Shown here piece after piece: positions 37,150 to 50,574 of a stretch of 64,000 nt of DNA. The notes beneath the pieces were generated by a model that was given only the letters and a program-made list of their open reading frames with translations, did not search any database and was not told the DNA's origin. The stretch spans positions 10,828,784 to 10,892,783 of the forward strand of contig CM121341.1 in NCBI GenBank assembly GCA_051530055.1, in the 5' to 3' direction. Source of the stretch: Neoechinorhynchus agilis. Its lineage: Eukaryota > Animalia > Acanthocephala. The number at the start of each line of letters is the position of its first letter. The first letter of the stretch is position 1. Position numbers and translations under genes: made by a program.

Positions 37150-38150
37150 GGTATTTTTCAATCTTGCATACGAAATCGTTCGTTCCGCTAAGGTCGCCAC
37201 TCCTTATATCCTGCAATTGATAACATCAAATCAAGATAATCGGCATTATTTGACAAAGCAACTGGGCACAAAATTCATGAATAATAAGGACATTGATTTC
37301 TCCAGTGTGCTCCTGGAAAGATGTGCTCTCGCTCGTACCACTCTCCACCAAAAATCCTTCCTCCCCCAAACCCAACCTTTCCTTAACAACCGGAGAACAA
37401 GGAAAAACTCCCAATCGGCCATTCTCCTGTAAAACTCCAAAGGCAAATCCCACCTCCCTGCCTCAACATCCGACATCCAGACAACTTCAGCAAAGGTGGA
37501 TGCTGGCAAGTGTATGGATCGTTCTTCTTAATCAATAAAACGTATTTGCAGCTAATAAAGAGCTTTGCCAATTGGTTGAACCTTTAATGAATCTAAATGT
37601 GGCACATACGTGTTTCCGGTCAAATAAGCCCAAAACTATCATTGCAATCGCAGATTGTTTTAACAGGGTCGGACGTAGTGCTAAAGAAGTATATAAAATT
37701 CTCTAACTAACACTTGGTTGTGAAAATCACAGCTAGAAGACGTGTTGGCTTGCACGGGAAAACACTGGAAAGGGTCCCATGGATGGGCAGTTTCATACGA
37801 CTTCAGTTCCTACAATCAGCACCATAAGATGGTAGAACTGAGTGTGCTGGTCCACTGCATGGTTGCAGAGTGGCCGAGGCTAGTAAACCTGAGGTGATTC
37901 AATGACAACAAGAAGATCGCATTCCTCCAGAAGGCAGCAACGAGCATGTGGATGGCGCAAAGTCACTCCTGCAGGTTAGCCCGTTGCTCAGAAGATTCAT
38001 CTGCGGGGCAAGCGAGAAAATGTTTGCAGGGCTCAGTTCAGGCACGCGAAACAGAGCAAAAGACAAGACGCTGATGCACCAAGTGTACAATTGCTACATT
38101 CTAACCAATTTAGTTGAGGTGACAGGAAGCGAAACCGTATCTAGAGTTAT
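37150..38150 (+). pseudogene. Toti-like RdRp EVE (mirror copy)
   Basis: See 33915-34915. Confidence 0.65.
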
Positions 38151-41100
38151 AGGCGTCCTTCTTAACGCTATGCGAGGGTACTATAATTTTTTACCTTGAA
38201 TAATATATACACTGAGCTAGAATACCTGCAAGAAAGTAGCTCTGAAACGAATGTTTACCAAATGACAAGTTAACACCATAAAGGAGTAAAGAACAAACAA
38301 AAAACGCTAGTGAATACCTAGTGGCATATTGAAGATTATAATAGAACACCGCAGAATACTTGACCCGAAGACAACCAAAAGAGAAACCAAGCGCTTAAAT
38401 CCAAAGCGAACTCAACAAATCGCAGCGCACGAAAAGGCTCGGAACGGTTGAAACGTTTCGAATTTAGAAGGCAGAAAAAACAGCGAGGAGATTAGATGAT
38501 TTCCTCATTTAAAAAAATTACCGTAATTGCGTACCTTTTCAATTGAGCATTAATAACCCACACTTTAAGCAGTCGAAATGCTCGATCTCACTTTAAGTCA
38601 CTTGGAAGAGCACATCGACGCCATTGCGTAAAAATGGTGAAACGAAGCGCGCACTCGATTCGACGTTGAGAATGAAAACGGTGTAAATACGGAAGAAGCA
38701 CGGTTTTATTTTTTAGCGTCAATCGTATAACGTCGACATACTCATTTATTTGCTTTACGTTTTATTATCGTCAAATAATTACGGCGGTTTTTTGAAAAGA
38801 TAGAATCATAGAAAAATTAATTCCATCCAATTGTTCCTTCGAGTGGTTTTGTATTTTCAATGGCGAATTGTAACACGCTCGAGTTTTATTGAACTCTTCA
38901 TTGCGAATTTTCAAGGCGTCAGCCTCCTTCTCATCAAAAAAAGAAGCTTTCGGCAAATTCGAATTGACCCTGGTCATACGCAACAGGATTTGATGGCCAC
39001 TATTTGGTTGTGGTTCCCTAGCGTAGTGTCAGTAGTTCGATCGGGCACCGTCGGTAAGTTGACCACTTCCGACCGGAGGACGGTCTCTACAGTAGCTTCT
39101 GGCCCGGTTGAAGATCGATATTACATTCGTGTGACCTTCATCGAGTGGACGGCATTGCATGCGAAGATCGGGAGTTCAATTTAATAACTTCAGACATGGT
39201 TAACTTCATCTCTAAGATGGAATTTGCGGATTCGGTCAACATGGTCAATCTGGTAGCCCCCTCCAGCGAAAGCGTCAGGAAAAGCTCGCATTTTTAACGA
39301 TTTGTGGAGCTAGCTGTATGAGTCATACTATAGATGGGTCCCCTTCCAATTTCACGCCATTAAGGGAGCTACTTTCAGTAGATGAGGAACCAGCCCTCAC
39401 TATCCCGCCCCTGCTGTAACGATCGTCGTGGGAGGCACTGTCTACAGGTTTTTGGCACAGTGTGCCGTTTGAGGTCGTTTGTATTTAACTTAATGTAACG
39501 GATTGCTTTGAGAGGATAGCTAGCGATCGGGCAGTATGGGAAGAGGGCGGTGCACAGCGCAGCCATTCGTTGGATCGTTATGTTGTTGCTTTGCGTCTCA
39601 GGAAGTTCGCGGATCCACCGGAACAAATATGCTTACTAGTCCGCACACCATGGAATCCCATCCCTATTTGTGAGAACTATGCTGTTGAGTCAGAAGGTAC
39701 TTATTCGTACCACATGCTCTTGGACACCTTCGGGGTACGGACGGCTCCCACGTTATATGTGATTTTTTTGACTATGGAGGACGATGCTTGGACAGTCGAA
39801 AGGTTCATCTTCTGCCGGAAAAGCGAAGTGGGAGGTTTCCCTTATGACGTTTTCGGTCTGACGCTTCCCGCGGGATCTCACATGGGCGAGACATATGAAT
39901 CGATTACACTGCAAGAAAACATCTATTCGTTCATTTGTGCTGCGAATAACTCGTACGCTCATCGCCTTCTGAGAAGGTTAGATGTACCTTTCGTTTCGGG
40001 GGTCCGGTTTAACTGGGACTTCAACAGCGGACTGTACTTCTACCCTTTGATCCAGCTTGATATGATGTCTAGGGTCGGAAGGAAAGCGTTATAGTGAACA
40101 ATTTCCACCTAATCCTTATTAGCTGCCCGGCCTCTCGAAGCCTTTCTATCGACAGTTGGATGTCGGCCAGATAGCCTTCAGAGTGCCAAATACGGGTCGT
40201 CGAAGAGTTGGAACGGTGAGCGATATCTATGCTTATAGTAGCACTACGGGGAATCGGGGTATATCGATTCATTCTGCTCATCCGCTGGCCTGGGCTTTTG
40301 CGAGATGGACTCGCGACCCGCTTGAAACGGATGTCAACCATCGAACCATTGATACATTGTGTAAAATCAGTCGACTCGTTGGTGATCTAATGAATTCCAG
40401 TTACTGTCCCCAAAAGGAGTATAGAGACAGAGTTTCACTCGGAGTTTCTAACTTTGAAGAGGATAGGCTGGAAAGTTACGATATCGGTACGAAGTTCTAT
40501 GCATCCAATATGGCTTGGTCGTTGGTGGAAGCTAATAATTTGAACATTTTCAGAGTAGGCGAGAACGTTCCTGTTACTGAGGTGATGCGTCCTAACAAAG
40601 CGACGAACGAAGAGGGTGGAACACGCGTCGAGGACCAAGAAGTGATCAGCCAGGTACCGATCCAACCAAGGCGTAGTGATCGAATACGGCGGAAGCCTAA
40701 ATTACCTTATGACGATTTTCTGTGGGGGAGAAGATGTGGTGACCATCGATCCATGTGCACGCATAATTATTGATTTATATGTGTGCGCATGCACCTTCGA
40801 GTGTGCAGAGGTGGAGTAAAGCATTAAAATTTGCTGTAATATGTCGCGCAAAAATCCAACTGCTAGGCGTCAAATCGAATCCCATGATTTGAGGCCTCCT
40901 GATCCTTTTGAAAAACGCAAAACTAATCCGGTGGTCAATGACAACGTTAGTTCGGAGGGTCTCAGGGATGGGTATGTTGGTATTCCTCTCGATGTGGTTT
41001 TGAGTAATGGGTGTCCTACCCCCCAGAGTTTTGTTGATAAGACCAGTGTGGTTTTCCTAAACAATAATGGGTTTTCGGCCCCCCACACGCAAGTTGTTAA

Positions 41101-42344
41101 TTTAGACAAAGATGGGTTAAACTCTTCCAATGCTCCAAGGTTTGAAAACATACATAGTTTAACTAAAGTTGTGAATAATAATGACTCCTCATTCAATTAT
41201 TAAGTCTCAGTTGATGTCCATCAGGAGTTTACGCCGAAATTCCGGAGACTCAAAGAGGAATTTATTCTTCGTATTAAAAAGGAAAATTTAAAAAGTGCCT
41301 TTCTAAGCGAGGTGGTTAAACATTACCTTACTAATTAAGTATCACCAAAAAAAATGGGGAAGTGTAAAAATTTATCAGATCAAAAAATATTTCTCAACAA
41401 AATGGGCTCACTTAATAGCATTCGTAAGTTATGAAGGGCGTGGAGATTTTTCTAAAATGTTAAAAGATTGTCAGGTGGATTTTGCGGATATTTCGCGTAA
41501 AACTTCGCTGCTTGTTTTCAATATTCCAAATATGAATCAGGAGGGCCTTTCTATGTTTGAACAAAAATTCCAAGTTAAAACTATTAAATTTCTCTTCAAT
41601 AATCCGGATAAACATCCTTATGCTCTACTAGTACAATGTTCATCTAACATAATTTATAAATTAAAAGGCACTTCGGCGGGTTTTCTGGCCCACTGGATAA
41701 ACTTTTCTTTTCCCAGACCAAACTCGATTTATGATTATATTTTGACCCAATGTAAGAAATGCAACAAATGGGCCATTCTATTTCACAATGCAAAAATGAT
41801 ACGAAATGCGGCACCTGTGCTGAAAATCATTTTTCTTCATCATGCCAACGCAGTAGAATATGTTGTTGCAATTGTGGTGGAAATCAAGAAGCCTTTAAAA
41901 GGTTCTGCCCTGCAGCAGTAAAATACTTCAAATCATATGAAAATTCTAACGGTTATAAATCCAATGTCTGGGTAAACAGAAGCAAGCCTCGCGCTCCTGT
42001 TCTCATAATACTTCATTTAGCCAAGCATATGATGGACAGTTTTTGGAATCCTTAGTGGGTCAAATTCGCTCCCTGCAAGACCAAGTCAAAGTTCTTTACA
42101 AAAAAATTGAAGAAAAAGGCGTAATAATAAATTCGTTAAAAAATTCACTAGACAAGAACGGTGACTCGGGAAGGTGTAAGTCGGAAGAGAGTAGGATGGT
42201 TGATAATATGGAAGATATCGCAATGGAAGATAAGGTGAATGTGATGACTATGGATAAATCTCCTTCCTTTAATCCTTATAAAAGGAAAACGGAAAACAAG
42301 TTGGACAATAATGATCCTAAAATCTTTTTTAGGGAAGAGAGCAA

Positions 42345-43423
42345 CTCTTCGCCTGACAGATGGGTGAAATTTCTTGTCATATTCTTAGCGTTGAAATTTT
42401 CGCAGTCGAATACAGAGGTATCCCGTTCATAAAAGCTAATTTCGTTTGGTGTATAGGAATGTTGATGTTGGATTTAGTCGCTTATTTTGTTAGAGGGTGG
42501 CGGAATCTTTATTTGACAGTTTATGTTACAGTCGCAATCACTGTACTCCATTATTGGATTATGAGAGAAAGTTTATTTTGGCTTGCAGTTCATAAACGAA
42601 AAGCTGATGTAAATGAAATATTAACCGAAGCATACAAAATGAATTCAACGAAACCACAAGATCAAATGTTTCTTTTACTTGACGACATCAGACTAATAGC
42701 CGATAATTCAGAGGTCCAAACTCGTGTAACGCTGCTAAATCGGATAAAGAAAAACTTAAAAGCAATGTTTTCGTCAATTGTGTTTCCATACTCGTTGTTT
42801 TGTGGATGTATCATAATGTCATTGGCTTTTTTGGTTATTTCGGATTTACACTATCAGCGTCCGCATTTTCGTCCAACATCTACCTCCATTTCTTTATCAC
42901 AACTATTATTGAAATTCCACAGTTTGTCTTATGCAGCGTCGCAGCGAAATTCTTCGGACGAAAAACTCTAAGTCTTTTCAGCAATCTTTTGCTTGCATTC
43001 ATATTTGTCCTTCCTTCAAGCAATAACGAAGCCTTGAAGGTCTTCAATCACATCGCAAAGTTCTCGACTTCGACTAATGGTGATATCGTTTGGATGCTCG
43101 TAACAGAGCTATTTCCAACGAAGTACAGACAATTCGGATTTGGATTTGCTTTTTTTGTCGCTGGAATAGTAACAGCTTTAAGTCCTTTCTTGAAAGATCA
43201 ACTGACTACTCAAAGACTCGCAACTATGCTCTCGAATGGAGGTTTTGCACTTTTTGCTGCCATACTGATAATCTTTTTACCTGAAACAAAATACCATACG
43301 ATGGCAGAACTTTCTGATATGAAGGGGCTAGGACAATGCGCAAGAGAAACATTTAGTTGGATGCTGAGGAAGTTAAATGATGAACACGTGTGGGAGCTTC
43401 AGGATATAAAAAATGAAGATTAG
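42345..43423 (+). pseudogene. SLC22-like transporter fragment (mirror copy)
   Basis: See 28642-29720. Confidence 0.85.
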
Positions 43424-45699
43424 TGTGAGTGTTCGGGAATTGATTTAAAGAAGTAAAAAGGCATTTTGTCAAAGATTGTAGGTAGAGATTAAAATTTGTA
43501 CAGCTAAGATATTTTTAAAGAAAGGTTTCCGGTTGTATATTGCATGGCGATATTTGCTGCACAAATAATGTAGTCGATTCATCCAAAACGTTCGTGAGAA
43601 AACGATTTTCGACCCTCATCGACCGTAGTTAAGTTGTTCAATCGGTGTATGCGACTGGATTAATTTATAAGACCGCATTTTGCAGACTCCGTTATCTTTA
43701 ATGGAATCACCATGCCCAAAAAGTCCAACGAAATATTGCGCATTCGCTATTAAAATAGCAATCGGCTGGAATCAGCTTAAACTGCTGCCATTCGCCGTGC
43801 TTGTTTGGCCCAGGAACGATGAGTACACGTTTGGGTACTTCAAAGCGATTCTTTGCTCAGAGGATGAATTCATCTGATGATACCAGTTCGAAATTGGATT
43901 AAGTCGGTGGATATCAATAAGAAAGGGGCAGATGCTACAACGGGTTGTTAAAGCTACAATTCTAAATCATTGAAGTTCAGGTTGTTTTACAAAAAAAACG
44001 CCCTGGCCACTTTAAAGACAAAGAAAAAGAATGATTATTAGCGATGTTAAAGAAACTGATAGGAACTATGCCAGCATTATGGGCACGACCTCCACCATTG
44101 GCGAGCTGGGACATTTAACATGGCAATAAAAAATTCGATGAAGCAAGAAAATCCCAAATGTATTCGGTACAGAAGTCATTATTTAAAAAATAAAAAATAT
44201 GAAAAATGTAAGTTTTTTATGGTGCAACAGTCCCAGAGCAAACAAGTGCGATCGTATCAACAAAACACCGATTATTCAATTTTTTAAAATTCGTCCATTA
44301 TTTTCCAAATTTTCACCGGTTGCACACACAACAACAAAACGTTTAGCTCTCCCCTCAGTGGTCCGACCACACTCGCCTTGTTTCCTCTTTGGATCGCGAG
44401 ACCAATGTTTTGGCGTAGGAAGGCTCCAGCTCTTGTATTTCCTGTCTTAGCCTGGAGTCTACTCGATAACTCCTTCGTAAATCTAAGTGGCGAGCTACCG
44501 AGCGCACCAAGAGTCTCCACTCCAAAGGGTATAAAAACGTGAGACCTACTAAATTCTCTATACTGCGCCACCTTTCAGTCCTCCGCCGCAGTAGCCGCTT
44601 CCCCTGGGGATTGCACCACAAACCTCTTGTTACTTGCCGCGAACGTGTCTACACCCGTGGCGACTTATAACGCCAAATTTTAAGGCGTAATCTTTTTGGA
44701 GTATCTTCAATGCCATCATGGAGTCCGCCCTAGATAAGCAGAATATCAATGGAAATTGACAAAGAATCTTTGCTTGGTTACTGTGGAAGTGACTCGGGGG
44801 CCAATAACACTATCTTGTTCTCCAAAAGCTTTCAACGTTGTAAATATTAATAACCGAAATAAACTCTTGGATAAATGGAATAAAAGATTAAGTTTCGAGG
44901 ATTTAAAGGAGATAAATATGGTTAAAAAAGTTTTCCTTGAAAGCATACTTTTCTGCTATTTCATGTCTTGAGAGGTCATTTCGAACCCCCCTACCGCTAC
45001 GCATTCCCTAGACACCAAGATGGCCGAATTTACAAACAACATAATGAGAATGATTGATCTTCGCATCAGCACTGCCATCCAACATTTGGAATCAGTGGTG
45101 GGTCACCCTTCGCAGAACTTATGAAAGCATCGAGGGTCTTTTGTTGTTTGGTGTAAGTTATTGCTCTAATTCCTTTTAGTCAATACGCATTCACTATTTT
45201 TGAGTTCAAATTTTTGTGCCATTTTTCATTTACATAAGGGATGTTTATGTATCGTTGAGGGTCTTTTGTTGTTTGGTGTAAGTTATTGCTCTAATTCCTT
45301 TTAGTCAATACGCATTCACTATTTTTGAGTTCAAATTTTTGTGCCATTTTTCATTTACATAAGGGATGTTTATGTATCGTTGAGGGTCTTTTGTTGTTTG
45401 GTGTAAGTTATTGCTTTCATTCCTTTTAGTCAATACGCATTCACTATTTTTGAGTTCAAATTTTTGTGCCGTTTTTCATTTACATAAGGGATGTTTATGT
45501 ATCGTTTTTCCTCATACGATCTCTGTGTTGATCTTCTATTCCAGTAACTCTTGCCTTGAACGCAGCGTGTAATTTGTTTCTGAGGATGTCCACTATTTTT
45601 AAAAATATTTTTTTAAAATTAAGCTCGAATTTACCAAGAATATTACCCAGAGATCAAAGAAGAGCGTCAATATAAATCTCGACCGATTGGAAGACTGTT

Positions 45700-46786
45700 T
45701 TCAGCCAAATTGAGCGTTGGGGATATTCGTGGAGCGGTGCGCATTCCGTCGTCTGATGAATCTTTCTGTCATGACATCCCTGAAACTCTAATTTTATTAC
45801 AAGCGAGACATCCACGCTTGGACGGAAATATCGCCTTGCCTTTTAACTCAACAACTCCGCCGGATACGAATAATTTGACCTCTATTGATGAGATGAAACG
45901 GAGCGTTTTCTCCTTTTCTAACGGATCCGGGCATGATTTAGATGGTCTACGACCTCAACACCTAAAGGACTTGATGTCCTTTACAGCCAGAACTGGAGCT
46001 ATCTCTCTCGAAAATTCACTTATCAAACTTATCGATCGATTCACAATGGGCGGTCTCAGTAAAGTTTGTCAGCAGCTCTTTTTCTCAGCTTCCTTGTGTG
46101 CTTTATCGAAAAAAGATGGAGGCGTTCGACCCATTGCAATAGGCTGTGCACTTCGTAGACTTACCGCTAAAGTTCTATGTAAACGAATCACAGACAAGGT
46201 AGGCGCACAACTTCGACTTGCACAACTTGGTTGCTGTACCTCGTGTGGTGCCGAGGCGATCGTTCATGCTCTTCGTAATTATATTGAAAATTCGACCTCG
46301 CCAAGTGTTGTGCTTAAACTCGACTTCAAAAACGCGTTCAACTCATTGAATCGACGTGCCCTCCTAAATAGGGTGATCGAAAACGTACCGGAAATTTTCC
46401 CGTACTTTCAAACAGCTTACGGCTCAAAGACGCCTCTAATATATGAGAATAATATAATATGGTCGGAGTCCGGAGTTCAACAAAGAGACCCCCTGGGCCC
46501 TATCGGTTTCTCAGTCGCAGTTAATCACGTTGCTAAATCTTTAAAGTCTAAATTCAATGCTTGGTATCTTGACGACGCAACTTTAGGAGACTATCCGGCA
46601 TTAGTTCTGGACGATTTTAAAATACTCGTAGAAAAAACCAAAGAACTGGGGTTGCAACTAAATTACGCAAAGTGCCAAATTCTGCTGCTACACATGAAGG
46701 AAAAAGACGGGTCAATTATATTGGATGAGTTTTCATCGGTTGCACCAGGAATCCGCCAGACCTTAATTATCTCATTGGCAGAATGA
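45700..46786 (+). pseudogene. CRE-like RT (mirror copy)
   Basis: See 25279-26365. Confidence 0.88.
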
Positions 46787-49449
46787 TCCACTCTACGGCG
46801 TTGGATGGGCAAGAATTCTGGATGTACTGGTGTGTTCGAAGAGAAAACAGAATGTTCCCTGCATAACTCCTACACCACTTTGGGCAGTCCAGCATCTTTA
46901 ATCCAGGCGCCAGCCGCCTCTTCCAGGGACGAAACTTTTCTTGGCTGCAATTCGCCACCATTGGGAGCAGTAGGGAGCCAAGGTACTAATCCTACGGAAA
47001 TCGCAGGTCAGCTGAAATCGACTCCGGCATGGCCAATAAAGAGAAGACCAAAACTGAGCTGCCGTCTCATTACCCTCAGAACGAGCCACGAAAAGTTGTT
47101 TCCCATAGAGAGGCAACCGGAGACTCAAGGGCAGGCTTATTTCTTCGACAAAATATCTCGCTGGCAGTACAACGGGGCAATGCTGCCAGCGTGATGGCGA
47201 CGGTCGAGGAAGGACAAAAGCTGGAATTTGGTGGGAGGTGGTGAATGTAAAGAAAAGTAACCAAATAGAAAACTTATAGAGGCTGTAATTCATTAAATGT
47301 CGCTATTCTGTACATTAAATTAAAGACTTCAGAAGACAGGGTTTAGTCGTTGCGAAATTGGACTTAGAGACGATTGTCAGGAACGCGTAACTTGCTTCCG
47401 CTAGGTGATCGTTTATTTCGTAATGAGATAATGATTGCCCGCTTTTTAGAAATATCATAGTATCCTAATTAAAGAATTGAATATTATGCGTATCTAATTT
47501 GAATTTCCTCCTTAGTAGAGTGTTTTTAGAGAGGTTCCATAGAACCGCATCATGCCCACAAATCTTGAAAAAAGAGGTTTGTGAGGAAACTACTGGCCTC
47601 AGATGCAAGCCTTTCTTTGGAATGCATAAATCTAAGTATGAACTATCGCTGGCATGAGAGAAAGTTGGAAAAAGAGGGCAAATAAGCTCGTGGTTATCTG
47701 TGGCACGCGAGACCGCTCGAATCCACTTCCCAGAGGGGTCATTAAAATCCCGGAATAAAAGATCAGCCCCCGAGACCAATAGCCCTTTCAGTACTTCTTT
47801 GATATCTCTAAGGTGGATTTTCCTAGGTCGAACATAGACATAGTTACTGATAATAACCGGATACTCATAATAACCGGAAAAAGATTGGTTCTGAAGATTG
47901 ACAAAAGGCCCTGGGAAAGCAGCTTAGATGGAGGAGTAATGAATGTGGAGAAATTCGAGCCGAGCTGAGCGATAGATTCGGGCAAATCGAACGAGCGACT
48001 GGCGCATTTGGCTTATTGAATGAACATTATCTCGGCATTATGGGCTACGGGGGCTATATCGGGCAAACAAGATCGACCGCCTGCGTTCCACTGCACCAAC
48101 CTTAGTCATGTCATTAGACAGCTCTCCTCCTTTTGATTAAGTCCGAGATACCCTTGGCGCAAATTTTTCCCTGCTCATCGATTATTTGTCGCACGAAGAT
48201 ATCGTCATCGTTCATGTCGACTACTTCGGTTAAACCAACAGATTCGGACGATTGATCCAGAGGTCTTCAGGCAACTGAAGGTGTGCCTTCGATCGATACT
48301 TGATTCATTCGATTAAAGCTCTGTTGAATGGTTGAGCTGAGGAGACTCAAATGCTTCTCAATGCGTGTTTCCAAATTCCGGATGGGAGTTGCGATTCTCC
48401 GATCAACCATCTTCAGTACATTCACCGAGAAATCATTCAGAATCCGGTCGAGGTTTGGAGAACTATGGCCGATCGTTGTGTCTGAGTGATTGGTCGGAGG
48501 ATGAATGACAGAACTTGAAGGTTACCTCAATGGCCAATTAGTGGATATGGATTTCTAGAAGAGCTTTTAAACTTAGACTCTGCTCTCATGATACCAAAAA
48601 GATTTGGAACTCTTGGGCAATCTCGGGCCTAGTTTTTTACTCTAGAAGAAGACCCCGAATAACGATTAAAGTACATTATCACTTTCCTAGAAGCTCTGGG
48701 CAAACTCCCTTACTCCTGGAAACAAGCGCTTAAATGGATAGCGATGATATAACTTTATTACTATCGAATTATAATTATTCCTACACATAAATTATGTCGG
48801 TTAATCATCTAATGTTTTCCTTCAAATAAATCTTATGTATGCATCAGGAGCAGAGCCTCGTGTTAGGATAATTCATTAGTTCGTTCACACAGCACCGAAA
48901 CTTGGAGTTGAAGATTGGCAATCTCATTTTCCACATTTGAGTCAAAAATAGAGCTTCCTAGAAGATGTAACAGGTGCAGAGTGATCTCGCAGGATTCAGT
49001 TCAATGTCAATTTTCGTGACTAAGTAATCAAGCTATTGCAATTATAAATTTTATTAGCAACGTTAGACGTCCAAAATCCAATTCGTTAGGGCGCAACGCA
49101 GTGACCAATGTTTAAGTTTTGATGAAATCCGATTTAAATCGGTTATAGAATTTGCTAGTTAAAAATCTCGTAGACTACTGGGATTTGGAATTTACTTTAT
49201 TTCTCGTGAAAAATACTGAAGCCAATCCCCTGCACATATCTTTTGCTTTTTTAATTAAAACAGCGCTTTAGAGAGGCCAACTAATTCTTTGGGTTCACTC
49301 GAATACGGACATTTGCTGATAAATACCGAAATTTGCCGGAAAACAAATCGAGTTGTTTACAAAACATTTCAATGTTACGCTCTAATTATTTGTTTATGTT
49401 CCGCCTATTTTTCCGGTTGATGGGTTCTTAGACTCACAATCTCTCGCCG

Positions 49450-49941
49450 ATGCATTTTTGTAATCCTTATTTGGTGCTATATCCGCCTTCAATGACAAAC
49501 GTTACGATGCCGGAGGTCTTTATTCATCCGAGCTCATACTTCCATCCTTGTGATCAACAATATTCATTTCAAGCGATGCCACAATTTAATTACAAAATCC
49601 AAGCGAATCAACAAAACAATTTTGCGTCAAGAGTCTTCAATGGGTTCGTGAATTCCAGTCTCATTGGACTTTGTTTGCAGTTTTATAAGGGTATATTCGT
49701 CGATCTTTTGAAAAAGGAGGAACTTTGCATGCATTATCTCCTTGAAGTTGCTCACAATTCTAGAATACTCGGTACGGCGGAAGGTAATAAAAATGCCGAT
49801 ATTATTACAAAATACGTTAACGACTACTGCGATCGGAGCGCAAATCGCTTTAATGAAAATAATGACGAGAAACCAAGACGAAAAAAGCACCACAGTAGAA
49901 GACGCAATAGAAAAGGACGGTCGACCGAGAGTGGAAATTGA
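49450..49941 (+). CDS. Orphan ORF U3 (mirror copy)
   Basis: Identical translation to 22124-22615. Confidence 0.45.
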   Translation: MHFCNPYLVLYPPSMTNVTMPEVFIHPSSYFHPCDQQYSFQAMPQFNYKIQANQQNNFASRVFNGFVNSSLIGLCLQFYKGIFVDLLKKEELCMHYLLEVAHNSRILGTAEGNKNADIITKYVNDYCDRSANRFNENNDEKPRRKKHHSRRRNRKGRSTESGN

Positions 49942-50574
49942 ACGTAATACAGTAATCGATAGGCGTGATAGTTTCATAATTTTTTCTAAAATAAAGCATA
50001 GTCGCAATTTGAGTATGTATGGCGGTACCATGTTGAAACATTTATTTCGCGGACGACTCTCGGATCCTTGAATCAAGTAAGCATTGCACATGAGTATCTC
50101 GGCTCATCAAGTAAGATAAAAATTGAAATCGGTAAGCGTTAACTAGGAAAAATGACACATACAAAAATCAAAGGTTAATATATCATCCGCCAATTTCTTG
50201 TTCATGACTGTTGTGCCGATGACTAGGCGAATCGGGCTCGCTAATTTATCATCGTCAAAGTTAAAAAGTGCAACACTTTTCGTTGTTTTTAAGAGAACTA
50301 TATCGACTTTAATGACACTTACGACTAATCGATCACTTTTTGTCTCGTTTATAATATCGGATCTTTTTTGATTTCCTTATTGTTCTAAACAGTTTAAGCT
50401 TTCGCTTTAAAACTCGTTTGTCGTTTTTACTCAGTGCATCAATTGCTCTCAATGCATATTTAATACTTCTCATTTGAACAATTCTTCTAGTATGTTTAAA
50501 CAACACGACTTCCAGACGGCTCGGTGCGTTTTCGTTCGCTTTACATGTAACCATATCACGACTACTAAGAATAA

